Source: Clostridia bacterium
GTDB taxonomy: Bacteria > Bacillota > Clostridia > Christensenellales > UBA1242
Assembly: GCA_017468205.1 (NCBI GenBank)
Contig: JAFUJK010000050.1
Coordinates: 5,566 to 69,565 of the forward strand
Direction of reading: 5' to 3'
DNA: 64,000 nucleotides
In this document: positions 35,550 to 45,178 of the stretch, one piece after another
Layout of the letters: every line of letters begins with the position of its first letter
Numbering within the stretch: the first letter of the stretch is position 1
Notes under the pieces: model-generated
Databases searched by the model: none
Seen by the model: the letters and a program-made list of their open reading frames with translations, nothing else
Told to the model about the DNA's origin: nothing
Made by a program: the position numbers and the translations under genes

Positions 35550-36908
35550 ATGGAACTTATGACACCTAAGGAAATTGTAGCGGAATTGGATAAGTATATA
35601 ATTGGACAGAATAAGGCTAAACGTGCCGTTGCTGTTGCATTGCGCAATCGTTATCGTCGTAGTCAGTTGCCAGACAAAGTCCGCGAGGAGATAACTCCTA
35701 AAAATATATTAATGAAGGGACCCACTGGTGTAGGTAAGACAGAAATTGCTCGTCGTCTTGCTAAACTTGTACGTGCTCCTTTTGTTAAAGTCGAGGCTAC
35801 CAAGTATACCGAGGTTGGTTATGTTGGACGCGATGTTGAAAGTATGATAAAAGACCTTGTTGAAACATCAATTCGCCTTGTCAAGGATGAAAAGTTTGAA
35901 CAAGTAAAGGAAACTGCGACCATCAATGCTAATAAAAAAATTCGTGATATGATATTGAAAAAACGTAAACCAGCAACCACTAAAACAACAACTCAAGAAT
36001 CAGATGGTGCTGTTGAAATTGTTGTAGAAGACAAAGCAAAATCTGACTCTGCTCAATTGTTAAAAGACATCGAATCAGGCAAGATGGATAAAGAAATAAT
36101 CGAAATTGAAATGGTGGAAACTCCACACGTTGTAGAACTTATCCCAGGAAATCAGGACACAAACATTTCAGACATTTTAGGTGGATTTTTCCCTAAAAAT
36201 AAGAAAATGCGCAAAGTAACAGTTGAGCAGGCTCGTAGGGCAATTGTAAATGAAGAAGCTAGCCGACTTATTGATATGGATGCTGTGAATGAAGAGGGTA
36301 TTCGTAGAGCGGAGCAGGAAGGTATTATCTTTATTGATGAAATAGACAAAATTGCAATTTCAAGTCGCGCACACAATGGCGCAGATGTTTCTCGCGAGGG
36401 TGTGCAACGTGATATTTTGCCTTTTGTTGAAGGTTGTACAGTAAACACAAAGTATGGTATTATTAGAACTGACTACATTCTATTTATTGCTGCTGGTGCA
36501 TTCCACATCGCAAAAGTTGAGGATTTAATTCCAGAATTGCAAGGACGTTTCCCAATACGAGTTGAACTTGAAAATCTTACTTCAAAAGAGTTCTATAAAA
36601 TCTTAACTCAACCGAAAAATGCAATTACAAAGCAACAGGCTGAACTTTTGAAAGTTGATAACATTGAATTGTCATTTGATGAAGATGCGTTAAAGGAAAT
36701 TGCGAGAATTGCGGAACTAGAAAATGAAAACAATGAAAATATCGGAGCTCGTAGATTGCACACAATTATGGAAACATTGCTTGAAGATATTAGTTTTGAA
36801 GCATGTGGTAAGCATCCGATGAGTCAAGTAGTTATAACAAAAGACTTTGTTTTAAAGGCATTAGAGCAGACTATGAAGAAATATGACATCAGCCGTTATA
36901 TTATGTAA
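35550..36908 (+). CDS. hslU: ATP-dependent protease ATPase subunit HslU (ClpY)
   Basis: TPKEIVAELDKYIIGQ, Walker A GPTGVGKTEIARRLA, IIFIDEIDKI, and an I-domain insertion. Confidence 0.95.
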   Translation: MELMTPKEIVAELDKYIIGQNKAKRAVAVALRNRYRRSQLPDKVREEITPKNILMKGPTGVGKTEIARRLAKLVRAPFVKVEATKYTEVGYVGRDVESMIKDLVETSIRLVKDEKFEQVKETATINANKKIRDMILKKRKPATTKTTTQESDGAVEIVVEDKAKSDSAQLLKDIESGKMDKEIIEIEMVETPHVVELIPGNQDTNISDILGGFFPKNKKMRKVTVEQARRAIVNEEASRLIDMDAVNEEGIRRAEQEGIIFIDEIDKIAISSRAHNGADVSREGVQRDILPFVEGCTVNTKYGIIRTDYILFIAAGAFHIAKVEDLIPELQGRFPIRVELENLTSKEFYKILTQPKNAITKQQAELLKVDNIELSFDEDALKEIARIAELENENNENIGARRLHTIMETLLEDISFEACGKHPMSQVVITKDFVLKALEQTMKKYDISRYIM

Positions 36909-36920
36909 TGGGAGAATTAT

Positions 36921-38144
36921 ATGAATTATCAAAAGCCGAAAGGCACTCGCGATATTTTACCGCAAACTGCTTTAAAATGGCAGTTTATGGAAGAAAAAGC
37001 TCGTGAGGTTGCAAGGTTAAATAATTATGGTGAAATTCGTACACCTACATTTGAAGATAGCGCGTTATATTTACGTAGCGTAGGCGATACGAGCGATATA
37101 GTTTCAAAGGAAATGTATGAGTTTAAAGACAAAGCGGAAAGGAATTTGGCGCTTAGACCTGAGGGTACTGCTGGCGTGGTGCGTGCTGTTGTGGAAAATG
37201 GAATTTTAAATGAGGCACTTCCTGCGAAATTGTACTATTTTTCAAACTGTTTCCGCTATGAAAACACTCAAAAAGGACGTTATCGCGAGTTTAGCCAGTT
37301 TGGGTTAGAATGTTTTGGTGCTGAAAACCCTGAAGCAGATGCAGAACTTATCATTATGGTTGATAAATATCTGCGTAGTGTTGGCATACAAAATAGTACA
37401 CTATTGCTAAATTCTATTGGCTGTCCGCATTGTAGAGCAGAATTTAACAAAGCTTTGCGCGAGTTTGCTTCTAAACATACAGACGAATGGTGCGTTGATT
37501 GTAAGCGTAGGGCGGTGGAAAATCCTTTGAGAATGCTGGATTGTAAAAAAGACAGTTGTCAGGATATCTTGAAGAATGCCCCTAGCATTTTGGATTATTT
37601 ATGCCCTGAATGTAAAGAGCATTTTGCAAAAGTGCAAGCGGTGCTTTTAAGTGCTGGTGTCAAGTTTATCCTTGACGATAGGTTGGTTCGCGGATTAGAT
37701 TATTATACTAAAACAGTTTTCGAGTTTGTTCACGAAGGTTTTGATGGGAAAACTTTGACGATTGCTGCGGGCGGAAGATATGATAACCTTGTTGAGCAAA
37801 TTGGAGGAAAGTCTTGTCCTGCAATTGGTGTAGGAATTGGTCTAGATAGAGTTGTAGAACTTGTTGACGAATCTTTAATGACGAAGCAAGGACTTTTGTT
37901 TGTGGCGAATATGGACGATGTTGAAGTTTCTAAAATAATTCCAATAGCAACCCTTTTGAGAAATAATGGGAATAAAGTTGAAATTAATCTAAATAATCGC
38001 AGTTTTAAGGCGCAAATGAAATATGCAAATACTATTGGAGCGAAATATCTAATTGTTGTCGGTCAAGCTGAACTTGAACAGCGTCAGTTGAAGGTTAAAA
38101 ACCTTGAAACAGGCGAATATTTGAACGAAACAATAAAATTTTAA
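36921..38144 (+). CDS. hisS: histidine--tRNA ligase
   Basis: GTRD, LRPEGTA, FRYENTQKGRYREFSQ (motif 2), AAGGRYDNL and an anticodon-binding C-terminus. No T-box leader precedes it. Confidence 0.93.
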   Translation: MNYQKPKGTRDILPQTALKWQFMEEKAREVARLNNYGEIRTPTFEDSALYLRSVGDTSDIVSKEMYEFKDKAERNLALRPEGTAGVVRAVVENGILNEALPAKLYYFSNCFRYENTQKGRYREFSQFGLECFGAENPEADAELIIMVDKYLRSVGIQNSTLLLNSIGCPHCRAEFNKALREFASKHTDEWCVDCKRRAVENPLRMLDCKKDSCQDILKNAPSILDYLCPECKEHFAKVQAVLLSAGVKFILDDRLVRGLDYYTKTVFEFVHEGFDGKTLTIAAGGRYDNLVEQIGGKSCPAIGVGIGLDRVVELVDESLMTKQGLLFVANMDDVEVSKIIPIATLLRNNGNKVEINLNNRSFKAQMKYANTIGAKYLIVVGQAELEQRQLKVKNLETGEYLNETIKF

Positions 38145-38222
38145 AAAATTGTGTTGTTTTGTTGGTATTTTGCCAATAATTTGCTATAATTACAATTACC
38201 AAAATAAAGGAGAAATACTAAA

Positions 38223-38546
38223 ATGGCTATTATTCACGTAAACAAAGAGAATTTTGAAGAGATTATCGTTAAGGGCGACAAGCCAGTTCTTGCTGATTTT
38301 TTTGCAACATGGTGTGGTCCTTGTAAGATGCTTTCACCTATTCTTGAACAAATTGAACAAGAAATGGGCGACCGCGTTGTTGTTGCAAAAATTGACATTG
38401 ACGAATGTATGGATATTGCTCAACAATATGGAATTATGAGTGTTCCAACAATGATATTGTTCCAAAATGGTGCTGAAATTGAACGCGCTGTTGGTTTTAG
38501 ACAAAAAACTCAAATTGAAGAATTAATTAAAAATAAATTAGATTAA
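38223..38546 (+). CDS. trxA: thioredoxin
   Basis: 107 aa with the WCGPCK active site. A terminator hairpin plus T-run lies at about 38554-38581. Confidence 0.95.
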   Translation: MAIIHVNKENFEEIIVKGDKPVLADFFATWCGPCKMLSPILEQIEQEMGDRVVVAKIDIDECMDIAQQYGIMSVPTMILFQNGAEIERAVGFRQKTQIEELIKNKLD

Positions 38547-38672
38547 TCGAAGAAGGATTACTACTGTGTAGTCCTTTTTTTGACCTATTGAGTGAAGAGT
38601 ATTGACTTTTTTGTGAAAAAGTGATATAATATTATATAAAGAAAAAACATAGGATAAAAAAGGAGCGCATAA

Positions 38673-39854
38673 ATGAACAAAATTTATCTTGATAATGCAG
38701 CAACAACGCCATTGTCTAGTGAAGTTCTTAATGAGATGATGCCTTATTTAACTGGCGATTTCGGCAATCCAAATAGTTTGCATAGTTTTGGTAGAACTGC
38801 AAAATCTGCGATTGAACTTGCTCGCGAACGAATCGCTCGCGCTATAGGTTGTGAGCCTAGTGAGGTTTATTTTACTAGTGGAGCGACAGAATCGAATAAC
38901 TGGGCATTGAATGGTATTGCGAAGGCTAATCGCCACAAGGGCAATCACATAATCACAAGTAAAATTGAGCATCCAAGCATTCTAGAAACTTGCAAGAAAT
39001 TAGAACGCGAAGGATTTAGGGTAACTTATCTTGATGTTGACGAAATGGGATTAGTTCGCATCGATCAGTTACTTCATTACATTGGTGCGGATACAATTTT
39101 AATTTCAATTATGTCTGCTAATAACGAAGTTGGTACTATTCAAAATATCCAAGCAATCGCAAATATCGCAAAAGAAAAGAACGTTATTTTCCATACTGAC
39201 GCTACACAAGCTGTAGGTGCTGTTAGTTTTAGTGTGCGCGAAATGGGAATTGATGCTATGAGTATTAGTGGACATAAATTGAATGGGCCAAAGGGCGTAG
39301 GTGCTCTTTATGTTCACGACGGAGTCGTAATCACTCCTTTTATGAATGGAGGAGAACAAGAGTCTGGTTTGCGTGCTGGTACAAGTAATGTTCCGGGCAT
39401 TGTTGGTTTAGGTAAAGCCGTTGAAATTGCGACTCGCGACATAATGGCAAACAGTAAGAAAGTACGCGAATTAAGAGATTATTTTATTAAAAAGGTTGTG
39501 GAACTTATCCCGATGACTCAACTTAATGGACACCCAGTTCAAAGATTGCCAAACAACATAAATTTGTCTTTTGGTATGGTTGAGGGCGAAAGTTTGATGT
39601 ATTTGCTGGACTTGAACGGAATTGCTGTTTCAACTGGTTCAGCGTGCTCATCTGGCTCGGTTGAAAACAGCCACGTTCTTTCTGCAATGGGGATTGCTCC
39701 TGACCTTGCGCAGGGGGCTGTGCGTTTTAGTCTTGGAAGAAATACAACAAAGCAAGATATTGAATATGTAATAGAAAAACTTGTTGAGTGTGTTGAAAAA
39801 TTACGTAAAATTTCAGCAATGAGTAAATCACAAGTAGGAAAGGAGGATGAGTAA
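38673..39854 (+). CDS. nifS: cysteine desulfurase (NifS/IscS type)
   Basis: LDNAATTP, the PLP lysine in SGHKLNGPKG, and the active-site loop STGSACSSG. Confidence 0.93.
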   Translation: MNKIYLDNAATTPLSSEVLNEMMPYLTGDFGNPNSLHSFGRTAKSAIELARERIARAIGCEPSEVYFTSGATESNNWALNGIAKANRHKGNHIITSKIEHPSILETCKKLEREGFRVTYLDVDEMGLVRIDQLLHYIGADTILISIMSANNEVGTIQNIQAIANIAKEKNVIFHTDATQAVGAVSFSVREMGIDAMSISGHKLNGPKGVGALYVHDGVVITPFMNGGEQESGLRAGTSNVPGIVGLGKAVEIATRDIMANSKKVRELRDYFIKKVVELIPMTQLNGHPVQRLPNNINLSFGMVEGESLMYLLDLNGIAVSTGSACSSGSVENSHVLSAMGIAPDLAQGAVRFSLGRNTTKQDIEYVIEKLVECVEKLRKISAMSKSQVGKEDE

Positions 39855-39855
39855 T

Positions 39856-40248
39856 ATGTATAACCCTAAAATTATGGAAATATTGCAAAATCCTCAAAAT
39901 GCTGGTATGTTGCGCGGTGCAAATGCTATTGGTCGTGCTGATAGTGATATTTGTAGCGATATTGTAAAGTTCTATATTCAAATAGAGGACGGCAGAGTTG
40001 TTGATGCAAAATTCAAGACTTTTGGTGGCGCTACACTTATTGCCGTATGTTCTACAACTGCCAATATGATTATTGGATTAACTGTTGATGAATTGTTGAG
40101 TTTTAATATTCGCGACGTACTTGATGAATTGGGCGAAATTGCACCGCAAAAGGACTACTGCTTGAACCTGTCTAGTCAAGCATTGACTAATGCGGTAGAG
40201 GATTATTATAAAAGATTAGAGAAAGAAGCAAAAGCAAGCAAGGAATAA
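39856..40248 (+). CDS. nifU: NifU/IscU-like Fe-S scaffold protein with an atypical Cys pattern
   Basis: NPQNAGML.., C-S-D in place of CGD, KTFGGATLIA in place of GCGSAIA, and YCLNL in place of HCS. The ATG at 39856 is better spaced from AAGGAGG than the track ATG at 39847. Confidence 0.75.
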   Translation: MYNPKIMEILQNPQNAGMLRGANAIGRADSDICSDIVKFYIQIEDGRVVDAKFKTFGGATLIAVCSTTANMIIGLTVDELLSFNIRDVLDELGEIAPQKDYCLNLSSQALTNAVEDYYKRLEKEAKASKE

Positions 40249-40321
40249 TTTACACCATTTTACTCTTTTAATTCGACATTAACTACACAAAATAGTTATA
40301 GAAAATAAAGGAGGGGAAATT

Positions 40322-40456
40322 ATGTGTGATGGCATTCTTGTGGGTATGGTTCTTGGCGCTCTCGCTGGTGCTGTACTCGTGCAAACTTGCAAGCCTGTCC
40401 GCGATGCAGTGGAAAAAGGCAAGCAAAAAATTAAAGACCAAGTTGCAAAAATGTAA
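40322..40456 (+). CDS. 44-aa small membrane peptide (not in the ORF track)
   Basis: Strong RBS AAAGGAGGGGAAATTATG. Translates to MCDGILVGMVLGALAGAVLVQTCKPVRDAVEKGKQKIKDQVAKM, one Gly/Ala-zipper TM plus a basic amphipathic tail. A terminator-like hairpin lies at 40465-40494. Confidence 0.5.
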   Translation: MCDGILVGMVLGALAGAVLVQTCKPVRDAVEKGKQKIKDQVAKM

Positions 40457-40507
40457 TTTGGTTGGGGCAAACTAGACAGGTTTGTCCTTTTATTTTAGGA
40501 GGAAGAT

Positions 40508-41503
40508 ATGGAAGAACAGGGGTCTTATATAAGAAAATATGCGCTTGATAAGAATGATTATCGAGTTTTGGAAGATGGTACAAAGGTTTATCGTATTGTC
40601 GCATTAAAACATATTCCAAACCCAATAAGGGATATTGAAGCAGGTGAGCGTGGGGGATATGTTCAAAGTAAGGATAATCTTGATAAATATTCGCCAGCGT
40701 GGATTTTTGATAATTCTATTGTTCACGGTGATGCAATCGTTCGTGGGAAAAGTTCGATTTTGGGTGATAGTGAAATTAGTGGGAATGTTTTAATAACTAA
40801 TACAGTTAGTGTAAAAGATTCGTTGCTTTGTGATAATGTAGTTGCTTGTGGATATTCCAGATTTTACAAATCACTTATCGCAAATGATGCTGTGGTTGGT
40901 GGATATACTTGGGTAATAAAGTCCAAAATATGGGATAAAAGTACAGTTTTTGAGCGTAATTTACCTAGACGTGCTACAATAATAGACTGCGTTGGTAAAT
41001 ATGATTTTAAATCACCAGAGGAGCGCGTTGCTAAATATTTGCTTATTCCTGAAGGAGATATGTTTAGAATTATGGCGTTACGCGACATTGAAACCCGAGA
41101 AGGTCTTGTGAAAGAAGGCGAACTTGGGGGACTTGTATCGAGTATTCACAATCTTTCTCAATTCAATACTAGTTGGATTTTCCCTGATTCCGTCGTTCGT
41201 AATAATGCGACAGTCCAAGATGATGCCGTAGTTATGGGCAAATCTTTGCTTGAAGATGATGTGGTTGCTTGCGAACACGCAAAAATATGTAATTGTAAGT
41301 TAGATTCACGCATAATTGTTGGTGGAAGTGCTGAATTGTCGGATTTTGATATGTCAGGAAATATCAGAATTTTCAGTAGTACTAGAGTAAAAAGCGGTGA
41401 TAATTTACCACGTCAAATTAAATATAAAGGTGAAAAACCTCTTACTTTCTTAACACCAACTGAATTTAAACGAGTTTTTAGCACTAATGAAAAACAAATT
41501 TAA
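40508..41503 (+). CDS. YdcK-like left-handed beta-helix (hexapeptide-repeat) protein, internally duplicated
   Basis: 331 aa. Two copies of the module (Y/F)RI(V/M)AL..I....GE.GG.V.S..NL....WIF..S.V...A.V, each followed by hexapeptide-like repeats. This parallels E. coli YdcK ([29 protein letters not shown]..CWIYD) as I recall it. Confidence 0.6.
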   Translation: MEEQGSYIRKYALDKNDYRVLEDGTKVYRIVALKHIPNPIRDIEAGERGGYVQSKDNLDKYSPAWIFDNSIVHGDAIVRGKSSILGDSEISGNVLITNTVSVKDSLLCDNVVACGYSRFYKSLIANDAVVGGYTWVIKSKIWDKSTVFERNLPRRATIIDCVGKYDFKSPEERVAKYLLIPEGDMFRIMALRDIETREGLVKEGELGGLVSSIHNLSQFNTSWIFPDSVVRNNATVQDDAVVMGKSLLEDDVVACEHAKICNCKLDSRIIVGGSAELSDFDMSGNIRIFSSTRVKSGDNLPRQIKYKGEKPLTFLTPTEFKRVFSTNEKQI

Positions 41504-41597
41504 TTTATTTGATAAAATGTGCTTAAATAATTGCAAAAAGTTAAATATTATGGTATATTATATTTAACAAATCTTTTGCTTTTAACGAGGTTTCAAA

Positions 41598-42011
41598 ATG
41601 GCACGTAAAATGGGTTTAGACTTGGGTAATGTAAACATAGGCATCGCTTTTAGCGACCCTTTGGGTATGTTTGCCAGTGGTTTTTTGAACTATCGTAGAC
41701 AATCTCTTGAGCAAGATTTGCAATATTTGGCAGATTTAGTTAAAGAAAAAGATGTCGATACTATTGTAGTTGGGCTTCCTAAAAATATGGACGGCTCTGA
41801 CGGTGAACGCGTAAAATTTACCTATGATTTTTGCGAGAAATTAGCATCTAGCACTCCTGCACAAATTGTTTATCAAGATGAGCGATTAAGTACAGTTAGT
41901 GCTGAAAAGATGTTGATTGAAGCTGATGTTAGGAGAGATAAGCGCAAGCAAGTTATCGACAAAGTAGCGGCTAGCATTATTCTGCAAAATTATTTAGATA
42001 AGAAATTTTAA
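41598..42011 (+). CDS. ruvX: Holliday-junction-resolvase-like pre-16S rRNA nuclease RuvX/YqgF
   Basis: 137 aa. GLDLGNVNIGIAFSD, VVGLPKNMDGS and IILQNYLD. Confidence 0.9.
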   Translation: MARKMGLDLGNVNIGIAFSDPLGMFASGFLNYRRQSLEQDLQYLADLVKEKDVDTIVVGLPKNMDGSDGERVKFTYDFCEKLASSTPAQIVYQDERLSTVSAEKMLIEADVRRDKRKQVIDKVAASIILQNYLDKKF

Positions 42012-42026
42012 GGAGATTTTAGAATT

Positions 42027-42353
42027 ATGGCAAAGAAAAATGAAGAATTAGACAACCCAATTTTGCAACTTCTTGACCCAGAAAACAGTGACCCAATCAC
42101 TCTTTACGATGAGAACGAGAAGCCTGTTGAGTTTGAGCAAATCGCTCTTATTCCTTACAATGAAAAATTGTACGCAATTTTGAAACCAATCAACAAGATG
42201 GACGGCGTTGCTGACGATGAGGCTATTGTATTCTCATTTGAAGAGGACGACAACGAGGACCAAATGCTTGTTGTTGAGGAAAGTGATGCAATTATTGACG
42301 AAGTTTTTGCAATTTACAACAAATTGCTTGAAGAACAAGGTATTGCTGAGTAA
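42027..42353 (+). CDS. DUF1292 (YrzB-like) acidic small protein
   Basis: 108 aa, acidic. ITLYDENEKPVEFEQIALIPYNEKLYAIL pattern. Follows ruvX, as yrrK-yrzB do in Bacillus. Terminator GACCC-TTTT-GGGTC plus T-run at 42369-42390. Confidence 0.8.
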   Translation: MAKKNEELDNPILQLLDPENSDPITLYDENEKPVEFEQIALIPYNEKLYAILKPINKMDGVADDEAIVFSFEEDDNEDQMLVVEESDAIIDEVFAIYNKLLEEQGIAE

Positions 42354-42467
42354 AAATTGACCCTTTTGGGTCTTTTTTTTATAAAATTTAAAAAAAGGTA
42401 TTGCATTTTTTAAATCGTTGTGCTATTATGAAAAAGCATTTTTACAAAAAATGTAGAATTTTATCGA

Positions 42468-42517
42468 GGTTTGCGACAATATAAAATTAAATATTTATGT
42501 TGTTGCAAGCCTTTTTT
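42468..42517 (+). terminator. terminator-like hairpin within the 5' leader of the ABC exporter (candidate attenuator)
   Basis: GGTTTGCGACAA (42468-42479) pairs with TTGTTGCAAGCC (42500-42511): 12 bp, of which 2 are G-U. TTTTTTA follows, about 25 nt upstream of the exporter RBS. It lies downstream of a promoter-like TTGCAT-17-TGcTATTAT (about 42399-42427). Confidence 0.45.
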
Positions 42518-42542
42518 ATTTGCATTACGAGGAGGTGAGGAG

Positions 42543-44456
42543 ATGCAAAAGAAAGATTTGAACATTGATGCGACTTTAGATGTACAAGAAAAGATTTTGA
42601 CCGAAAAACAAAAACAACGCTTGGAGCGAAAACAGCAAAAACTGCTTAAAAAAGACGAGGCGCACAAGGAAAAGTATGGTTTGACTTATTCTGAAGTGTT
42701 GGGGAAAATGCCAAACAGAACAATTAAGTATCAAAAAGGCAATTTTAGCAAATTTTTTAGGTATTTTTCCAAGTACTGGGTATCAATTTTATTCATAGTG
42801 TTGATTTCGATTATTGCTATTGGCACAAATTATTTGGTAATGCCACTAACACAAAATGCGATTGATTCTATGGTAGTATTAGATTTTACGAAAGCGATTA
42901 TATGTTGTGCATTGCTTGCCGGGGCTGTCATATTGAATCGTATATTTAGCTGTATTCAGGGCATTTGTTTTGGAAATTTAAGCGCAAAGGGAGTTAAAGC
43001 ATTACGCGAAGATTTGGCACAAAAAGCATTGAGCACAAAAAGTCAGGCATACAAATTATTGCCTTCAGGCGAAATTGTTTATCGAGTAAGTACAGAACCT
43101 GCTGATTTCTCAAATTCATTAATTGGCTTCTATGAGCATTTTGATGGAATTTTGAATTCTTGTGCTTTCTTAATTTACTTCTCAATAACAAATATTTGGA
43201 TAGGTTTAGCTTTTTTTGTAGTGCTAATAATTGATATGATTGCGCTTAATTTTCAGTTGAAAGGGCGAAAATATCGTCAACGTAGAAGCAAGCTATTACA
43301 CGAAAATATGAATAGTTATGTTAACGAATTTGTTCGTGGTTCTGATGATGTTAAAAGTTTAAATTTAAAGCAATCAACTTTTGATATAGTAAAAAATCAT
43401 ACTTTACATCGTAAAAATAATATGTTTAGCAATACTGCTTATAATAATGTGTTTGATTCTACTAGAGGTGTTGTTCGTACTTTACTTGTTATGGGAATTG
43501 TGATTTTGGGTGTTTACTTTGCTTCAATCGAGGCTATTAGTATTGGTATGGCGGTGTTAGTTTTGCAATATCGTTCAATTCCAGCACAACTTAGCAAATC
43601 TATTAACAATTGTGCAAATGCGGTGCAGGATTGTAAGATTTCTTGCGAGCGTCTTGCTAAACTTTATGATAATAGTATATATCCACAAGAAAATTTTGGC
43701 TATAAAGATTTGGCTAATTTTAAAGGTAATATTTCATTCAAAAATGTTAGTTTCGGATACGGAGAGCAAAAAGTACTGGATAATATTTCTTTTGAAGTGC
43801 CAGCAAATCACTCACTTGGTATTGTTGGAAAATCAGGTGAAGGCAAAAGTACTATTTTAGGGCTTGTGAATAGGTTGAATGATTGTGATTCTGGGGAAAT
43901 TCTGCTAGATGGAGTAGACAATAAAGAATTAACCGAAGAAGCTTTGAGAAATAACGTATGTTTAGTGCCACAGATGCCTTATATTTTTAACACGACAATT
44001 CGTGAAAATTTGAAATATGCGAAACAAGATGCGACTGAGGAAGAAATGGTCGATGTGCTTAAAAAAGCGCAATTTTATGACTTTGTGATGTCAAAACCAG
44101 ATGGGTTAGACACTATTGTTGGGGAAGGTGGTGTTGTGTTGAGCGGTGGACAGCGTCAACGTCTTGCAATTGCTCGCGCTTTCCTAACTCCAAGCAAGGT
44201 TCTTATGCTAGATGAGGCAACAAGCGCGTTGGATAATGAAAATCAAGAGGGCATAAAAAACGTGATTAAGGAAATGAAAAATCAATGTTCATTTATTATT
44301 GTTGCACACAGGTTAAGCACTATTGTCGACTGCGATGAAATTATTGTTCTTGATGGACATAAAATTGTGGCTAAAGGGACTCATCAAGAATTGATGAAAC
44401 ATTGTCCAATATATATCGATTTATATAAACTTGAAAAGAAACAATCTAAAGAATAA
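42543..44456 (+). CDS. ABC exporter, fused permease/ATPase (MsbA/MdlB-type)
   Basis: The ATG at 42543 follows GAGGAGGTGAGGAG. Six-TM exporter domain, Walker A GKSGEGKST, signature LSGGQRQRLAIARA, and Walker B LMLDEATSALD. Confidence 0.9.
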   Translation: MQKKDLNIDATLDVQEKILTEKQKQRLERKQQKLLKKDEAHKEKYGLTYSEVLGKMPNRTIKYQKGNFSKFFRYFSKYWVSILFIVLISIIAIGTNYLVMPLTQNAIDSMVVLDFTKAIICCALLAGAVILNRIFSCIQGICFGNLSAKGVKALREDLAQKALSTKSQAYKLLPSGEIVYRVSTEPADFSNSLIGFYEHFDGILNSCAFLIYFSITNIWIGLAFFVVLIIDMIALNFQLKGRKYRQRRSKLLHENMNSYVNEFVRGSDDVKSLNLKQSTFDIVKNHTLHRKNNMFSNTAYNNVFDSTRGVVRTLLVMGIVILGVYFASIEAISIGMAVLVLQYRSIPAQLSKSINNCANAVQDCKISCERLAKLYDNSIYPQENFGYKDLANFKGNISFKNVSFGYGEQKVLDNISFEVPANHSLGIVGKSGEGKSTILGLVNRLNDCDSGEILLDGVDNKELTEEALRNNVCLVPQMPYIFNTTIRENLKYAKQDATEEEMVDVLKKAQFYDFVMSKPDGLDTIVGEGGVVLSGGQRQRLAIARAFLTPSKVLMLDEATSALDNENQEGIKNVIKEMKNQCSFIIVAHRLSTIVDCDEIIVLDGHKIVAKGTHQELMKHCPIYIDLYKLEKKQSKE

Positions 44457-44457
44457 C

Positions 44458-44488
44458 AAAAAAAATAGACGATTACGTCTATTTTTTG
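44458..44488. terminator. bidirectional terminator between the ABC exporter and the kinase-like gene
   Basis: AAAAAATAGACG-ATTA-CGTCTATTTTTT. Confidence 0.8.
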
Positions 44489-45178
44489 TTAAACTAATTC
44501 TACAATTTGTTGGTTGGTAGAATTTTTGGCGTTTTCTGGTATTGATTTACCAGTAACGCGTTCGTATTCGTGTTTTATAATGCCAACAACTTCGTTTATG
44601 GCTGTTTCAAGGTCGTTATTCATTACACGATAATCGTATTTTGAATGATTTTTGATAACTCTATCTTTTATTAATTCTTGTTCGCGTGCGCTCACATCTG
44701 TGTTGTCATGGCGGTTTTTCATACGCGCAATAAGTTGGTCATCTGGTGCATCTATTAAAATAGACACTATGTGAAGTGGTTCTCTACCATTCTTTTCACG
44801 AATATAATTTATTCGCTTTTTTGCATTTGCATAACCTTCGACATCATAATCTTTCATCGCGATTGGAGTATGCAACAAAGTGTCTTCAATCACTTTTATA
44901 TCGGTTCCGTATAGATTGTTATAAACTTTTTTAAGTTCAACAATACGATGTTCTTTTACAAGTGCAAACATTTCTTCCTTAGTCATAAAAAAATGCTCTC
45001 TGCCGTGCATTTCACTTTCGCGAATAGGACGAGTTGTGCACGAAGGGAAGTGTTTAATAAAATCTTCCCCAAATTCATATTTAACTCTATCCATAATAGT
45101 ATTTTTGCCTGCTCCTGCACTTCCGACAATCATTACAATTAATTTATTATCAGAGTGCAAGTTTTGTTCGCGATTCAT
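44489..45178 (-). CDS. guanylate kinase-like P-loop kinase
   Basis: P-loop GSAGAGKNT, SCTTRPIRESEMHGREHFF (compare S-TTR-R-GE-G-Y-F of Gmk), and ..NNLYGT. The ATG at 45178 follows AAGAGG. It is not in the usual gmk-rpoZ context, so the substrate is uncertain. Confidence 0.65.
   Translation of the reverse strand: MNREQNLHSDNKLIVMIVGSAGAGKNTIMDRVKYEFGEDFIKHFPSCTTRPIRESEMHGREHFFMTKEEMFALVKEHRIVELKKVYNNLYGTDIKVIEDTLLHTPIAMKDYDVEGYANAKKRINYIREKNGREPLHIVSILIDAPDDQLIARMKNRHDNTDVSAREQELIKDRVIKNHSKYDYRVMNNDLETAINEVVGIIKHEYERVTGKSIPENAKNSTNQQIVELV

Noticed and set aside
42428-42484. 18-codon putative leader peptide (MKKHFYKKCRILSRFATI) ahead of the ABC-exporter leader hairpin
   Set aside because: Its ATG overlaps the last two bases of the only good -10 element (TGcTATTAT), so it would probably not be on the transcript. 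It also has no RBS. It would be worth revisiting only if a different TSS is found.
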